From: Eledone cirrhosa
Lineage: Eukaryota
Assembly (NCBI GenBank): GCA_964016885.1
Contig: OZ024742.1
Location: 254,138,001 to 254,202,000 of the forward strand
Length of the DNA stretch: 64,000 nucleotides
Direction of reading: 5' to 3'
Below the pieces are notes generated by a model. The model searched no databases, was not told the origin of the DNA, and saw only the letters and a list, made by a program, of their open reading frames with translations. Below, one piece after another: positions 1 to 12,094 of the stretch (positions are counted from its first letter, which is position 1; every line of letters starts with the position of its first letter). A program made the translations under genes and the position numbers.

Positions 1-276
1 TGCCCCATCATGGCCACAGTCAAATGACAAAACCATGAAAGAATAAAAGGATATGTCAGCAAAATAATGCTGTGATAAATTTTAGATATTTTATTTAGAT
101 TTAATTTCATATAACCATAGTGTTGATGCTATTGCTATCATATTTCAACAGGATTCTTTAACAGCCTTGAGTGGAATATATAAATATATATCTATATTTA
201 TTTCTCTGTATTAGGCTTTATCTCTCTATTTCTCTCTGACATTTTCTACTTCCATCTTCTTTCATATACATATATA

Positions 277-282
<6 letters not shown>

Positions 283-357
<75 letters not shown>
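283..357. repeat. (TA)n microsatellite
   Basis: Pure TA run; a second run lies at ~546-590. Confidence 0.95.
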
Positions 358-369
<12 letters not shown>

Positions 370-540
370 ATATATATATTGTACTTTATATAAATTCTTT
401 GAATGCTCCATACAAATGAACATACACAGACTCGCATACACATATTCACATATAAATATTCAATTATATTCATATATTTATCTATTTATGTGTGTATATA
501 TATGTGTGCATGTATATATGTAAAGAAAGAATAGACAGAC

Positions 541-593
<53 letters not shown>

Positions 594-912
594 GCACTTA
601 TAAATTTGTATATAAGGATTGTATACACTCAGAAATAAATACACTTAAAATATATGTATATGCCTACACACACATAATATATATATGTTATACATAGAAT
701 AGAAGTAACTGAGGCTGCATACATATTTATATAAATTTATACATTGAGTGTTTACACTTGTAAACATGCCAAATGTATGTATTTCCCTGTAAATTGAAAA
801 AAATGATAAATACCTTTAACTGGTTTTTAAGCCTAGATGTTATACATGCCTCAGAAGGTATGTATAACATCTAATCAACAACAAAGAAATACTTAATTAA
901 GGGACTTATATA

Positions 913-1208
913 CAGAGGTGTGACTAGGGTATGGCAAGCACGGCATGTGTCATGGGCTCCACATGAAGGGGGCGCCACTTGGACTAGGAGCACGTTCTAT
1001 TAAAGTCAAATAAGCCTCGTCGGAGAGGGAAAAAGACACTCCTTCAGATGTATGATCTGTCTCTGATTATCATGGGTGAGAACACTATGGTGGTTTGATC
1101 ATTAAACCATATATATAAATTATTAGGCCCATAGGTAAAAATAAAGTGCTGGGCAGGGGCGCAATTACACTGCTTGCCATAGGAGCTGTTTTGCTAGACA
1201 TGCCTCTG
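913..1208. mobile_element. hAT-type MITE (296 bp)
   Basis: Imperfect 15-bp TIRs: CAGAGGTGTGACTAG vs reverse complement CAGAGGCATGTCTAG (12/15). Flanked by an 8-bp TSD, CTTATATA / CTTATATG. Confidence 0.75.
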
Positions 1209-1509
1209 CTTATATGCCTTGTCACATCCAGTAGTGTCCTGAAATGGATGTACTACTTTGCATATTATTAGTGCTCACATTGGTAGTTAATTAAGATATA
1301 TATTAAGTTATGCACGAAGCAGCCAAAATGTATGATACATTTATATTGGTATATATATACAGAACAGATGAAATGGAGACGGCATAAATGTGTTTATAAA
1401 TTTACATGTAAAGACATGTATAGCCATGCAAACATGCCAGATATAGATCCAGTGAAATACTTTAATCAGGGGTAAAAAACACCGAACTAAAAACAAAATA
1501 CATAAATAA

Positions 1510-1510
<1 letters not shown>

Positions 1511-1565
<55 letters not shown>
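1511..1565. repeat. (TAA)n microsatellite at the 3' end of the Tx1 element
   Basis: On the minus strand the run follows AATAAAGAAAAC directly. Confidence 0.95.
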
Positions 1566-1566
<1 letters not shown>

Positions 1567-1809
1567 TTTTCTTTATTAACCACAAGGGTTTACATAAAGT
1601 AGACATTAAGGACAGTACAGGACAATACAGGACGGTACAAATGGGCATTTCTGCGTGTAAAAAAAACAGAGGTTGAAATAAAATAACAAAGAAAAATTCC
1701 CCAATAGGGGGGAGACTTCCGAGGGACATTTGTGGAGAAAGCCCATTAAAAGACCACAGTGACCCTGACCACCAGGGCAAGTGCCCTCTCCCAGTTTTCC
1801 ACCTTTAAT

Positions 1810-4800
1810 TTACAGACATATACTCAGAGTAGGCCCATTCACTCGGGCCATACTTGCTTCTCTCACCCATCTTTCAACAAAATGCTGGGAAGAGAGCACT
1901 TCCCTCTCTACCCTGATTTTCCTTTTCAAATGAAATTTGAAAAAGTTAATCAGGGCATTACCGAAGAGGTAAGTGCTCGTCTTCAGCCCTTTCAAACGTG
2001 TCCACCATATTATCTCTTTCGCCATGGCCACTAGACAGATAAAAACTGCCTGCCCTTCCCGGCTAAAGGAAGAGGGCGGGGCAATCGTCACGATGGACTG
2101 AGCTGATAGCTGGATCCGTCCTACACGTGACAGCAGGTGTTCGACATAAACCCACAAGTCAGCAATGCTCGAACACTGGATGAGTGCGTGCAGGACGGTT
2201 TCGTCGCCCTGCGCGCATCTCGGACATGCCTGGCTGACGGCACCTCCATGCCTGTAGAGTTTATCCCGACTGGCAAAGCTCCCCGGTAGCACTGCCAGGC
2301 CAGGGATTTCTGGAAGTTGTCCATAGGCCCCGGCCCGAAAGTTCTTCCAAAGAGATTGGCTAGTTGATTTTCGTCGACGCCTAGAGTTTCTCCAAGTACG
2401 TCGTCGCTCTTCCCCTCCACTAATCCTCTATAGAACGCCAAGGTGGAGTTTCCACCGATCACATTGCCCGATTGGTCGAGAGCTGTGAGCGCCTGAAGAC
2501 ATTCCAGTCTCCAAGCGCTTCCTCTCGGTCTTCGCTTGACCCAGGACTGCAGCTCCGTCAAGGAGACGAGCTGGGGAAAGACGTGTCTAGCAAACGGCGA
2601 CCACACCTGATCACCGTCGAGGAAGAAGTGGAGATGTCGTAGCCTGAGCGCGTGTCTGCGCATCATCATCCACTGCATGCCCAGCCTTCCACGTAACGGG
2701 TGTTGACAGCAGATGGACCGCCTGACCATCGGAGCGCGTCCCTTCCACAAAAAGCGAAAGAGCAAACGCTCCAGCGCAGTCAGGCGGGGCTTAGGACAAG
2801 GTACGACGGTTAGGCGGTAGTAGATGACGGACGCGATGTACGCGTTAGCCACCTCCGCTGGACCTTTCAGGGATAGCTTTCTCTCCGCCCATTTCTGGGT
2901 GAGAGAAGCCACCCTGCTCGTCACCTCGTCCCAGTTTTTGTCCGTCTGGAGGTCCGGACCGGACCAGACCCCTAGCAATTTAACCGGCCCGTCCGTCCAG
3001 CGCCCGACGACGCTGTTGGACGGTATGGACCTGCCTCTCCAGGTGCCGAGCTGCAGGCCCACTGACTTTTACTGGTTGATCATTGCTCCTGTCACCGCTT
3101 CGTATTCTCTTAGTGTAGTGCCGATCGCCTCGATGTGTTTGGCGTTCGACACCACTACGGTGACATCGTCCGCATATGCTGACACAGATCTTCCGCATCC
3201 TAGTTCGCGCGGGACCCTCCTCAACGTCTCCAGTTTGTGCAGTAATTGCTCGAGAGTCAATACGTACAAGAGGGACGAGAGGGGACATCCTTGGCGGACC
3301 GAGCGCATGATGTTGAACGGTTCCGAAAGGTGACCGTTCACTCTCACCACAGAGCAGCTGTCGCTGTGCATGGCAGCGATCCAGCCTCTGAAGACGGGCC
3401 CAAAACCAGCCGCCCTCAGGACTGCCGCTAGGTAACGATGGTCGACCCTATCGAAAGCTTTCGACTGATCTAAATTTATCAAAGACCCACCCGTGCCAGG
3501 TTCCCTAGCTACCCTCTCTACGATGTATCGCATGAGGTGGAGGTTGTCGTGGATGGATCTGTCGGGAATGGCGCATGTCTGCGCCTCTCCCACCAGACCA
3601 CCAACGACAAGCGCCAACCTCTTTGCTAGCACCTTGGCCAAAATCTTTAACTCTGTGTTTAGCAGAGTTATGGGCCGGAAATTATCTATGTTATCCCCCT
3701 TGTTCGGATCCTTTCTCAGCAGTGCCACCGCTCCTCGGCTCACAGAACTAGGAATTCTCCCGTGCTGTTGCCAGTTGCAGTAGACGTCCGCCAAGAGGCC
3801 TCCGAACAAGTCTGGCATCTGTACGTAAAGTTCATAGGGCAGACCATCCAAACCAAGCGATTTACCCCTTGTGCAGCCAGTCATTGCCTCCCTTACTTAA
3901 GCGGCTGTTATCGGTTTTTCGCAACACTCCGCCTAATTGGCTGAGAGCTGCGGCAGCCATTCGAGGTAGACACTAAAGTCCATCCCTCGATCCGGCCCGT
4001 CGCTGCCCCAGAACAGTTGAGCGAAGTGTCGCTGAAAAGCTTCACACGTTTGCCCGGGATCGAGTAGCATGCGCCCGTCGTGGTCCACCAAAGACCGGAT
4101 CGTGGCTTTGTTGCCACGACGCGCCTCCGCCACTCGGGCCCATTGAACGGCTTTCGTCCCCTAGTGTCTGAGAGCACGCACCCTAGCTCTGACAACGCAG
4201 CCTTCGTGCTTTGCATTGAAGAATTGGTCAAGGGCCAATTTCGCCGCAAGTACGTCGGTCGCGATGCCTTTGCAAAGCGCCTCGTCTAATTGTCTAACTA
4301 ATTCTCCCTCTGCTCTATTTTTCTCTATTGCTAAAGCCTTACTAAACCTAATGGACTCTATTCTAATTGCTCTTTTCAGAGGAAACCACCACTTGTTGTT
4401 GACGATAGTCCCCGTCAACGCCCGCTAAACTAGTTCGCTAATCCGGTCTCTGTAGGCCTTGCGCGCTGGTAAGGACGCGTTTAGCTTCCAGTAGCCGGGT
4501 CCTCGTCTATGAAGCCTATCTAAGTCAAGCACACAGATCATGAATTTGTGGTCCGTGTAGCTGACTATCTTGAATTGTGGACAGCCTATGCTAGACCTAT
4601 CTATTTCCCTACAAACTACTCTATCTAGATATGATCTGAATGACACTATGCGATTTGTCCAAGTCCACATTGGTACATTCGGGAAATCCAATCGGTACCT
4701 GTCAGACAGTTCAAAACGCCTGAGCAGGTTGGTGATACTCTTGCACACTCATCCCCTATCCACTAATCCCACACAATCCCAGCGTGCATCTAAGATCCCG

Positions 4801-5206
4801 TTCTAGTCGCCCACTAACACTAAAGAGCGGGACGTTCCAAGAAAGGTCTCCAGACGCCGGAAGAAATCAGGTCGCCCTGCACCTGTCGGGGCATAGACGG
4901 CCACTAACCTGAAAGCTTGCCCGTCTCCAACTTACCTTCTGGGTCCAGGAAGATGGCCCGTATGGCAAGATCCAAACCTCTCTGAAAAAGCAAAGCAACT
5001 CCTCCCCCCGATCCCGGACGGCTGCGAGATGCGTACACATCGTAGCCGCCATAAATCGGTGCGAAGGCCAGTGCTTCGGAGATTTTAGTCTCGCTGATGG
5101 CCACTACATCTATGTTTAGTGACCTGAGGTCGTTGAGCAGGTGGCCCTGCTTCCATGACGACCCCAAGCCACGCGCATTTATGCTGCCTATTCTGAGTGA
5201 GGTCAT
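1810..5206 (-). pseudogene. Tx1 ORF2 (APE endonuclease, RT, zinc finger), frameshifted
   Basis: Motifs SINARGL, SETK, SYLDR, YTDHK, GPGYWKLN, GLDGLPYELY, FRPITLLNTELKILAK, DQSKAFDRVDH, RQGCPLS, AYADD and CPRC..ETVLHALIQC are spread over split ORFs. Confidence 0.92.
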
Positions 5207-6828
5207 GTTGAAAAGGAGTGGAAAAGATGGGTAAGACCACTTACCTTACTTCTCGTAGAGGAAGGACGGTTTTTCCATCCTTTTGTGTTGTTCAAATTTA
5301 ATGCTGTGTAGTGTGTATCGTTTTGTTTGTTTTGTTTTGTTTGCGTTTGTTGTGGGTTTGTTTCTGTTTCGCATTTTGGTGACTTTTGTGGTGTAGGTGA
5401 TGGTGGTGTAGGTGATGGTGGTGTTGGGGTTAATGATGGTGATGGTGTTGGTGTTTGGGGTGATGGGGTTGGTGATGCTGGTGTGGATGGTGGCATATCT
5501 GTCCTAACTTTTTTGTTTGTTAATTTATTTGTTTCCCTCTGTATTTTGTTTTGGGAGGGGGAAGTAAGGGAATTTTTTCTTTTTTGGTTTCTTTTTTTTT
5601 TCCTGATACCGTTTCCCACTCCTCGTCGTCACAATCTGTCTCCAGTTGTGATAGGCCGGGGAGTGGAAAATCCTCCACAGGCGTTAGTTTTGGTTGGGGC
5701 GTGGTGGATGGTGTAGGCGCTGGTGCTAGTTCTGAAGCGTTGGGTGGTGGTGGTGGTGGTGGTTTTGCTACTGTTGCTGGGGTTGTTGCTGTTATAGTTG
5801 CTGCTACAGTTGTTGCTGCCATCTCTGCTACTGGTGGTGTTGATGGTTGTGTCACTGGGGTGGGTAGGAGAGGTGGCCTCAACCTTTTAGCCTGAGGGCA
5901 GAAAGCCCTTAGGTGGGTTCCTTCACCACAAACGACACACTTAGGTCTTCTGCCCTCGACAATTACCGTGAGGTGGCTGCCGTCAGTGAGGTCTATTACC
6001 TCTGGGATCTCCTCGATGCTTTTTTGGTCCGCTTGGATCAGGAGCTCCATCCCAGATCCGGACCAGTTCTCCTGCTTTTCTTTTGCTATTGCTATTATTT
6101 TTGTGTTGGCTTCGATGCCGGCGAGTACGGCCGCTATTAGCCAGGGAATTTCGATGGCCGGTGGAAAGTGGGTCACCCTGATCTTTACGAGTCTCTGGCC
6201 ACAATAGCTTGGGACGAGTGTGAAGTCGTCACTTCTTAATGGGGCCATGGAGTGTTCTCTAGCCTCCTCTGGTGTTTCAAAGAACACGTCCACGGTTCCA
6301 TACTTCTGCCCACGTCTGATGTGGGTTTTTCCTGCCCACACATGTCCCAAAGCTTTTTGGATTTGGGACTCGGATGCCCGTTCCACTCGGCGCTATTTTA
6401 CATTAATTGTCGATACGACACGCTGCATAGGCGCCGATGCTCCATTTTATTAGGTGTGTGTGTGGGGGGGGGGGTGAGGCTGACCCTGTACCCATCTTTG
6501 TTTACCATTTTTTTGGCATTTTCTAATTCCTCCTGAGTTACCGTAAATGCTTCGAACTGTTTTGCTACTCAAGCAAAACTCAGGGTGTTTTTTTAATGTC
6601 ATTGTTGCTGTTGTTGTTATCGTTATTTTTGTTATTATTAATTTTAGTTTCAGTTGTGGTGGTGGTGACGTCAGAGGTGTTCGGTGTGGATGAGTCCATT
6701 TTGGTCGAAAACATTTCGACATCACAAGTTGATTTATTTTTTCCTTTTGTTTCTGTTGTCGCGGTGGTGGTGGGGGTGGTGGTTGTCGCGGTGGTGGTGG
6801 TGGTGGCGGCTTTAACACCTGCAGTCAT
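5203..6828 (-). pseudogene. Tx1 ORF1 (gag-like: RRM-like region, CCHC knuckle, Pro/Thr-rich tail), frameshifted
   Basis: ORF 5520-6386 carries CVVCGEGTHLRAFC (CX2CX4HX4C). The continuation 5203-5619 ends overlapping the ORF2 ATG. Confidence 0.8.
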
Positions 6829-7206
6829 GGTAATGGCGGGAAATGAATGTCTGCCTGAGACAAATTTAAAATATTGCTACTGCTTATATTTTTTTTAGTG
6901 TTGGCAAACGTAGTAACATTTACAATGGTGGTGTCGGTGTGAGGTGTTAATTTGTGAGTAAGGCTCTCAGCTGCTTGGTGCAGAGGTGAATTAGCCATTT
7001 TTATTCAAAGAAATTTTTTGATAATCATAAAAGTTTAAATTTTGGGCACAAGGCCCCAATCTTTTTGGGTGTCCTTTTCGGAAAACAATGTATGTGTGCT
7101 TATAAACAGTTAACAATAACATTTTCCATAAATGGCAATTTTTAACAAACGGAAATAACAAACCTTTGCGGAGCTCACGATGATACGATTTATTACCTAG
7201 GTCGCC

Positions 7207-7255
<49 letters not shown>
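7207..7255. repeat. (AAT)n microsatellite between the Tx1 and Dong-like elements
   Basis: Pure repeat. Confidence 0.95.
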
Positions 7256-7258
<3 letters not shown>

Positions 7259-9455
7259 CGGACACTAAAAAACATAGACACTAAAAATAGACTGGAAATA
7301 AAGTACAAAACTAGGAGGAAAAAGCTAAATATTAGCATAGAGGGACTGAAGCAACGCATTGTAGCAAAGAGTGCAAAAATCAGGCGATACGAGAACAGAG
7401 TCAGCCAGTATAGACAGAACCGCATGTTCGACAACAACCAGAAGATGCTGTTTGGACAGCTTGAAGGGAAAGAAAGAGGCAACGACTTGATCTCTGAGGC
7501 GGAACAAACTAAAACATTCTGGAGAGGAATATGGGAGCAGGATGTTAAACATAATGACCAGGCAGTGTGGATTGAGACAGTACAGAAGGAGATCAGTGAA
7601 CAGGCACGCCAACAAACTGATTTGAGTATCACTGTTGAAACTCTTAAGGAGCAGCCAAAAAACTAACCAACTGGAAATCACCTGGCCCAGATGGTGTGCA
7701 GGGGTATTGGATTAAAAACATAACATCCCTCCACCCGAAACTGACAACCATGTTCAATGACTGCTTGATGTCAGGTGAGGTACCAGAGTGGTTGATAAAA
7801 GGTACCACAGTTCTGATAATGAAAGACCGAACCAAGGGTAATGATGTTACCAACTATAGACCTATCACATGTCTGTCCGTAATGTGGAAACTGTTGACAA
7901 GCTTTATGTCTGAGGAAATCTACCATCACCTCCACACATACAACTTGTTACCGGACGAACAGAAAGGATGCCGAAAGAAGTCACGTGGTACAAAGGACTA
8001 GTTACTTATTGATAAGATGGTAATGAGGAATTGCAAGAAGAGACACACTGGTCTTGCCATGGGATGGATAGACTACAAAAAGGCATTTGACATGGTGCCT
8101 CATTCTTGGATCACCAAAATCCTGGAGATCTTCAAGGTGGCAGATAACATCAGGCAGTTGTTGGGCAAAAGTATGAAGTCCTGGGAAACAGAGTTAACAT
8201 CAACTGGAGAATCCTTGGGAAGCGTGAAGATCAAGAGAGGTATCTTCCAGGGAGATAGTCTGTCCCCTCTGTTGTTTGTCCTTGCCCTGATGCCCCTGAC
8301 CAGTGTACTGCGAAAAGTGAGTGCAGGATACAGGTTGGGAAAGGGAGGGCTTACCATCAATCACCTCCTCTTCATGGACGATCTTAAGCTCGTCGGGAAG
8401 AGTGAGAAGGAGTTGGATGAGCTTGTTGACACTGTCCGTATTTTCAGCAATGATATATGTATGCAATTTGGTATTAGTAAGTGTGGAGTCATTGTGATGA
8501 GGAGGGGTAAGTTGAGCAGAAGTAACGGAATCCAGATACCAACAGGTGAGATGATAAAAGAAATTGACTCTGAGGAAGGATACAAGTTTTTGGGCGTTCT
8601 GGAGGCTGATGACATCAAGAACAAAAAAATGAAGGAATTGATAAGAACTGAATACCTTCGGAGAGTAAGGAGCTTATTAAAGTCACATCTGAACAGTAGG
8701 AATGCCATAAGTGCAGTAAATTCCCGAGCTGTGTCTATTATTAGGTACAGTGCGGGAATTCTGAGATGGAATGTTGCTGAACAAAAAGAAATGGATAGGA
8801 AGACAAGGAAGCTATTGACTATCTACAATATGTTCCACAAGAGGAGTGATGTCGATAGACTCTACTTAAGGAGATCTGAGGGTGGAAGAGGTCTTATCAG
8901 CATAGAGGACTGTGTTCAGATGGAGAAAAACAACCTACACAAATACGTGACTGATAGTAAGGAGCCAATGCTCAGAACAGTACTGAAGGAGGGGACAATA
9001 GGCCAGGGGATGTCCAAGGAGGAAATAACATCAAGGAGAAAGAGCAGCCTTCAGGAAAAATCCCTTCATAGTACCTTCTTTGAGAAAACTGAATCTAGAG
9101 ATCCACAGACATGGAACTGGTTGAAAAGAGGAGACCTTAACAAGGCTACAGAAGGAATGTTAATGGCTGCGCAGGAGCCATTAACATTCCTTCCAGTAAA
9201 AAGGATTTGGAACTGCCGTGAAGTCAAAGTGATCCCGATTGTCATAGGCGCACTAGGGACTATCTCAAAAAGATGATTAAAGAAAATTGGCCCCTTCACG
9301 CTTTTTGGAACGCTTCAAAAGGCATGCTTGCTGGGAACAGCAAGAACCCTCCGATACGTCCTGAATATCTGAGGCTGCAGGTAGTGGCTTGATATTCATT
9401 TCAACAAACTTTCCAGTTAACTAACATCAATGACTGAGACTCAAAGAGTAATAAC

Positions 9456-9488
<33 letters not shown>
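7256..9488 (+). mobile_element. R4/Dong-clade non-LTR retrotransposon, 5'-truncated, with an internal deletion of the Zn finger/RLE core
   Basis: YRQNRMF, NWKSPGPDG, YRPITCL, WIDYKKAFD, RGIFQGDSLSP, LFMDDLK, GGRGL, AAQE, then a jump to VIPIVIGALG. (TAA)n tail at 9449-9488. Confidence 0.9.
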
Positions 9489-9489
<1 letters not shown>

Positions 9490-9689
9490 TTCTGCTTGAG
9501 TGGGAGATTCTGAAAATGCAGGACTTGATAGATCGGCAAAAATCCAGAAACTGCCCAAAGTCATGCATCAGCTAAAGAAGAATGTCAACCTAGCTAACAA
9601 AGCAGTAGAGGTAATCAGAGGTTAACACAGAAAACCACTGACACTTGATGAGATTAATCAGCTACTATATGCCATTTTAATACTGCACC

Positions 9690-11560
9690 CCAATACATTC
9701 AGTATGGAAATAGTAATGGAATTTGGCCTAAAAAAGTGTTGGGTGATACTACTGACGTGAGTTAGTATTGATGAGATGGAAGAAATTGTTTTCCAGTCAG
9801 GCAAGTTATGAGGGAAATTGACAACAATGGGTATAAGTACATAGGCATCCTGGAAACAGACTAAATGGAAGAGCTGTTATCAAAGGAATATAAATGGAGA
9901 CTGAAGTTGCTGTTAAAGACAAAGTTAAGTGCTAGGAATAATATACTGGCTATCAACACACGGGTTGTTGATGTCTTAAGTTATAGCATTAGTGTGATAG
10001 AGTGGAGATGTGATGAACTTACAGGGCTTAATACAAAGACCAGGAAAATATGACATTTCAAGGGGCTCTACACCCCAACTGTAATGTGGAGAAGTTGTAT
10101 CTATCATGACAGAGAGGAGGAAGAGCTTTCATTAGCTGTGAAATATGTGTGAGGTCTGAAAAAAATAATTTGGTATTGTATGTAAAGAATTCAAAGGAGA
10201 TATTGATGGCAGAAGTAAGAAAGATAAAGGTCCTAAACAGTGATGAATCAAAGATAAAGGGAGAATTTAAACAAGACAGACAGACATATTGAATATATGG
10301 AAAGAAAAAAGAATATGGTCAGTTCTTGCATGAAATGCCTGAGACAGTAGACAATTATAAAAACTAGAAATGGATTAAGAAAAATGACTTCAAATTTTAA
10401 ACTTGAAGCCTTTATATTTACAGTCCACGAACTATATTAATTTGAATATTGACAATTCAGTGAATTCTCCACTTTGTAGGTCATGTCGTGAGAAAGATGA
10501 GGTAATAAACCACATTATTAGTGAATATAAGATGCTTGCTCAGAAAGAGTACAAGAGAAGGCACAATAAGATTGCCAGATTGGTTCATTGGAGCTCTGTC
10601 TTAAGTATGACATGAGCAGAAGTGATAAATGGTATGAACACTAACTGGAAAGGGTTGATGAAAATGAACAGTATAAGATCGTGTGAGACATGACCATCCA
10701 GGGCAACCATTTTATCATGGTTAGAAAGCCTGACATTGTTGTCATAGAAAACAAGAATAACAAGGCATCAGGAGCGAAGGGTCCGTGCATGCGTTATAGA
10801 ATCTTGAGTTGATCAATTGCGTCGGTTGAAGCAAGCAGAATTTTGGCTGCTTACTAAAACGTATAGACACAAAAAAAGATAACACACACACACACACACA
10901 CCTACAAACAAACACATACACACAAACACACGACAGCTTTGGGGCAAGCAGAATTTTGACTGCTTACTAAATCGTAAACACATAAAAAGATAACACACAC
11001 ACACAAGATAACACTACATGTGGCTTTGACCAGGAGGGTCATTTAGAAGGAATGGGGGGGGGGGGGAGTCTGCACTGCCCCACTTTCCGCCATGGCAATT
11101 GGACTGCATGCCTTGCTTTTCAGGTTACCCTTTGCCACTGCAAGGCATGTATTGTGGATATTGCTTCACTATGGGACCACAGGGTGAATGAGATGGAAAG
11201 TGAGAATATTGAGATATACCAGGAGCTGAAGAGAGAAATCAGGAAACTATGGAGAATTAGACATGTAGAATTGGTACTGATTGTGTTTGGTGCACTGGGG
11301 TCAATTAATAGAAGGTTGGATGCATGGCTTGAGAAGCTAGGAATTACCATCAGGGTGGGATTGTTGCAGAAAACAGCCTTGGAACAGCAAGGAATCTATG
11401 GACGGTGTTGAACATTTGAAGGAAAAGGAATGACCCAAAGGACCTTTGGCCATTGGTTATGGTTTGCACTTTTGGCATAGTGTCAGTATATCATCTGCCA
11501 GAGCAAAAGCATTATGAATGATGATAACAACAACAACAACAATGATAATAATAAAATAAA
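9690..11560 (+). mobile_element. Older degenerate R4/Dong-clade element (thumb, CCHC, RLE)
   Basis: SPLCRSC..HIIS..LAQKEYKRRHN, RKPDIVV, IVDIA..WD and IVFGALG, ending in an AAT/AAC tail. Confidence 0.8.
10769..11140. mobile_element. hAT-type MITE nested in the R4 endonuclease region
   Basis: Perfect 8-bp TSD CAAGGCAT (10761-10768, 11141-11148). TIRs CAGGAGCGAAGGG / CAGTGGCAAAGGG. Internal ~55-bp direct repeat. Confidence 0.85.
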
Positions 11561-12094
11561 ACTAAAAAAACAACAACTAAATAGTTCATTTTGTATTAAA
11601 GTTTGCACTTCTGTAATTAGTTTAAAGTGGATTCATCCAGCTAATTATTATGGCCAACATAAAAACGTTACAAAAGGAAAAGAAGAAAAATAATAATAAT
11701 AACAACAAAATCCTTCATTATTTTAATTAACAAACTAAAAGTTTGTTAATGTAATTATGATCATCGGAAGAAGCAGTAATTCGAAATTATCGTTTTCCTT
11801 GCATATTGATTATTAGATAGGCATAAAGGCCTCTCTATAACATGAAAAAAAAATGCAATTGTTGATGAAGGAAAATGTTTTGTAGATGAGATGAAAATGA
11901 AAATGTGTGTGTATTTGCCATATAACCTGATAACACCTTTGTACTGATGAGATGTGTGTGTCTACCACATAGCAGATAACACCTTTGCACAGAGATTTCA
12001 AACAGATGTATGTATGTGGTGTGTGTGTATGTGTGTATGTATGTGTGTATGTATGTGTGTATGTATATATGTTTGTATGTATGTGTGTATGTGT

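Larger units (their letters stand above)
1566..7206 (-). mobile_element. Near full-length Tx1 (L1-clade) non-LTR retrotransposon, inactivated
   Basis: ORF1 plus ORF2 (APE endonuclease, RT, C-terminal Zn finger), 3'UTR with AATAAA, and (ATT)n on both sides. The 5' boundary is uncertain (~6990-7206). Confidence 0.9.

Noticed and set aside
2824-6536. Plus-strand ORFs over the Tx1 element
   Set aside because: Antisense shadows of GC-rich ORF1/ORF2 with no recognisable motifs.
7196-7208. TGGCGACC resembling an LTR-retrotransposon primer-binding site on the minus strand
   Set aside because: No LTRs or gag-pol/integrase nearby; the adjacent element is non-LTR.
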